This document shows positions 63,713 through 64,000 of a DNA stretch of 64,000 nt, one piece after another (the first letter of the stretch is position 1; each line of letters begins with the position of its first letter). The notes under the pieces are model-generated. The model was not told the DNA's origin, did not search any database, and saw only the letters and a program-made list of their open reading frames with translations. A program made the position numbers and the translations under genes. This stretch comes from Xylographa opegraphella (Eukaryota), in NCBI GenBank assembly GCA_022813865.1, contig JALDZX010000001.1, positions 248,001-312,000 of the forward strand. The letters run 5' to 3'.

Positions 63713-64000
63713 CCCGCAAAAGGATCAGCAAGGGTGTTGGCTTGATAAAGAGGTATTCGACTCGATGATGGGTATGGTCGTTGATCTTTATCCAGTATTA
63801 CGATTTCACTGGTTTAGCATGCTTTTCTTGCCCAGGAAGGATGCTGATGATACCTTCACGACCGGGTTTCTTTCCATCATTGTGTATGAGTGTTTGTAGT
63901 TTGTACTGGCGTGCGAGTCTGGCTTGCTTTGAACTTTTGTGAATTCTGCATGCGGTATGATTAGCACTATCTTCAGCATGAATTCAAATACATCACCAAC

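Noticed and set aside
1..64000. Secondary-metabolite cluster, intact transposon, tRNA or rRNA
   Set aside because: No PKS/NRPS/terpene synthase, transposase, reverse transcriptase, LTR/TIR pair or cloverleaf recognised by eye. Small ncRNAs could be missed without an Infernal/tRNAscan run.

Overview
This is a eukaryotic, intron-rich window from a filamentous ascomycete (Pezizomycotina-type GT-AG introns of about 50-70 nt with CTRAY branch sites). About 20 intact protein-coding genes could be spliced by eye: an NDUFA4/MLRQ-like protein, an RRM-only Cyp33-like protein, SEC31, SDE2, RPS10, an M20 beta-alanine synthase/carbamoylase, an ADAM metalloprotease, acetyl-CoA synthetase, GlcNAc-6-P deacetylase, a membrane protein, SSN6/CYC8, RPL3, a NuiA-like protein, KRE6/SKN1, a small conserved-looking protein, pyruvate dehydrogenase kinase, a CAP64-like SGNH protein, SIF2/TBL1, TMEM115/DUF1751 and RRP12. 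There is also a kinase pseudogene, several micro- and minisatellites, one N-gap and a poorly explained last 5 kb. No tRNA, rRNA, CRISPR array or intact transposon was recognised. The most interesting signals are: (1) a spliced fungal gene resembling the cyanobacterial nuclease inhibitor NuiA, with both active-site-contacting positions kept, a candidate inhibitor of EndoG/Nuc1-type nucleases; (2) a near-exact TMV-type stop-codon readthrough context (CAA-TAA-CAA-TTA) at the end of pyruvate dehydrogenase kinase, followed by 54 open codons; (3) several splicing oddities (split start codon in RPS10, possible poison acceptor in RPL3, GC-AG intron in SIF2, GAGAG acceptor in ACS, structured long intron in the deacetylase). 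All homology calls come from remembered family motifs; no database search was run.
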